64,000 nucleotides of DNA from Octopus sinensis (lineage: Eukaryota). The translations under genes were made by a program, and so were the position numbers. The notes beneath the pieces were generated by a model. That model worked only from the letters and a program-made list of their open reading frames with translations, ran no database searches and was not told the DNA's origin. Positions within the stretch are counted from its first letter, which is position 1. Every line of letters begins with the position of its first letter. The stretch covers positions 1,183-65,182 of the forward strand of contig NW_021830459.1 in NCBI RefSeq assembly GCF_006345805.1, given 5' to 3'. Positions 63,158 to 64,000 of this stretch are shown here, piece by piece.

Positions 63158-63394
63158 CTCTCTCTCTCTCTTTTACTCTTTTACTCTTTTACTTGTTTCA
63201 GTCATTTGACTGCGGCCATGCTGGAGCACCGCCTTTAGTCGATCAAATCGACCCCGGGACTTATTCTTTTGTAAGCCCAGTACTTATTCTATCGGTCTCT
63301 TTTGCCGAACCGCTAAGTGACGGGGACGTAAACACACCAGCATCGGTTGTCAAGCAATGCTAGGGGGACAAACACAGACACACAAACACCCACA

Positions 63395-63445
<51 letters not shown>

Positions 63446-63610
63446 TACGACAGGCTTCTTTCAATTTCCGTCTAACCAATCCACTCACAAGCATTGGTCG
63501 GGCCCGGGCTATAGCAGAAGACACTTGCCCAAGATGCCACGCAGTGGGACTGAACCCGGAACCATGTGGCTGGTTAGCAAGCTACTTACCTCACAGCCAC
63601 TCCTGCGCCT
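63158..63610 (-). mobile_element. SINE family C, full length
   Basis: Complete head, ~75-bp internal microsatellite and tail. Confidence 0.93.
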
Positions 63611-64000
63611 ACGACTTTCAAAATCTAGTTTATTTCATTTCTCGAGTATTGAACTGATACAGACAGACAGAGAGACAGACACATACTGGATTCAAGTTTT
63701 GGGAACAAAGCCAGCAGTTTCGATGAAGGGGGTTGAGTCGATTACATCGACCTCATGGTTCAACTAGTACTAATTCTATCGACCTCTACGGAATTTGAAC
63801 TCAGTACGTAAAGATGGACAAAATGGCGCTAATCATGTTGCTCGGCCGTGCTAATGATTATCTCAGATCACCGGCTTATGCACACACACACACACACACG
63901 TTAACGCCTATTTTCAAGTTCACCTCATTCTGCAAGTTAATTCTTCATTTATTTTCCCGAGTATAAAGTACCGAGAGCTGTTTTCCTGCATTGTTGTTGT

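Overview
Repeat-dense animal genomic DNA, intergenic or deep intronic. I could not identify any intact protein-coding gene, rRNA, true tRNA gene or CRISPR array. The SINE families and very heavy microsatellite load look like a coleoid cephalopod (Octopus); this is recognition from memory, not a database result. Contents: (1) Three abundant tRNA-headed SINE families, which I label A (~385 bp, 9 copies, most with target-site duplications (TSDs), plus a CORE-like-headed variant A'), B (~230 bp, often in head-less tandem multimers, including a 6-unit array with dimeric higher-order structure) and C (~380-450 bp, with an internal microsatellite and a CR1-type LINE tail). (2) Decayed non-LTR retrotransposon fragments of R4/Dong-like, CR1-group and RTE type. 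(3) A Penelope-like GIY-YIG fragment plus several short ORF-less relatives, most sitting next to (TA)n tracts and carrying minimal type I hammerhead-ribozyme motifs. (4) DNA transposon remnants: a 4.2-kb frameshifted Helitron with RepHel, a 398-bp non-autonomous Helitron, a Tc1 fragment and a hAT fragment. (5) Many simple repeats, which explain most of the long ORFs in the track. The best candidate for something new is the set of about 8 hammerhead-like motifs. Two paralogous copies have the core AUGAAUA, an apparent compensatory A3:U8 swap of the C3:G8 pair, together with a G-C to A-U covariation in stem I. All folding and homology calls were made by eye.
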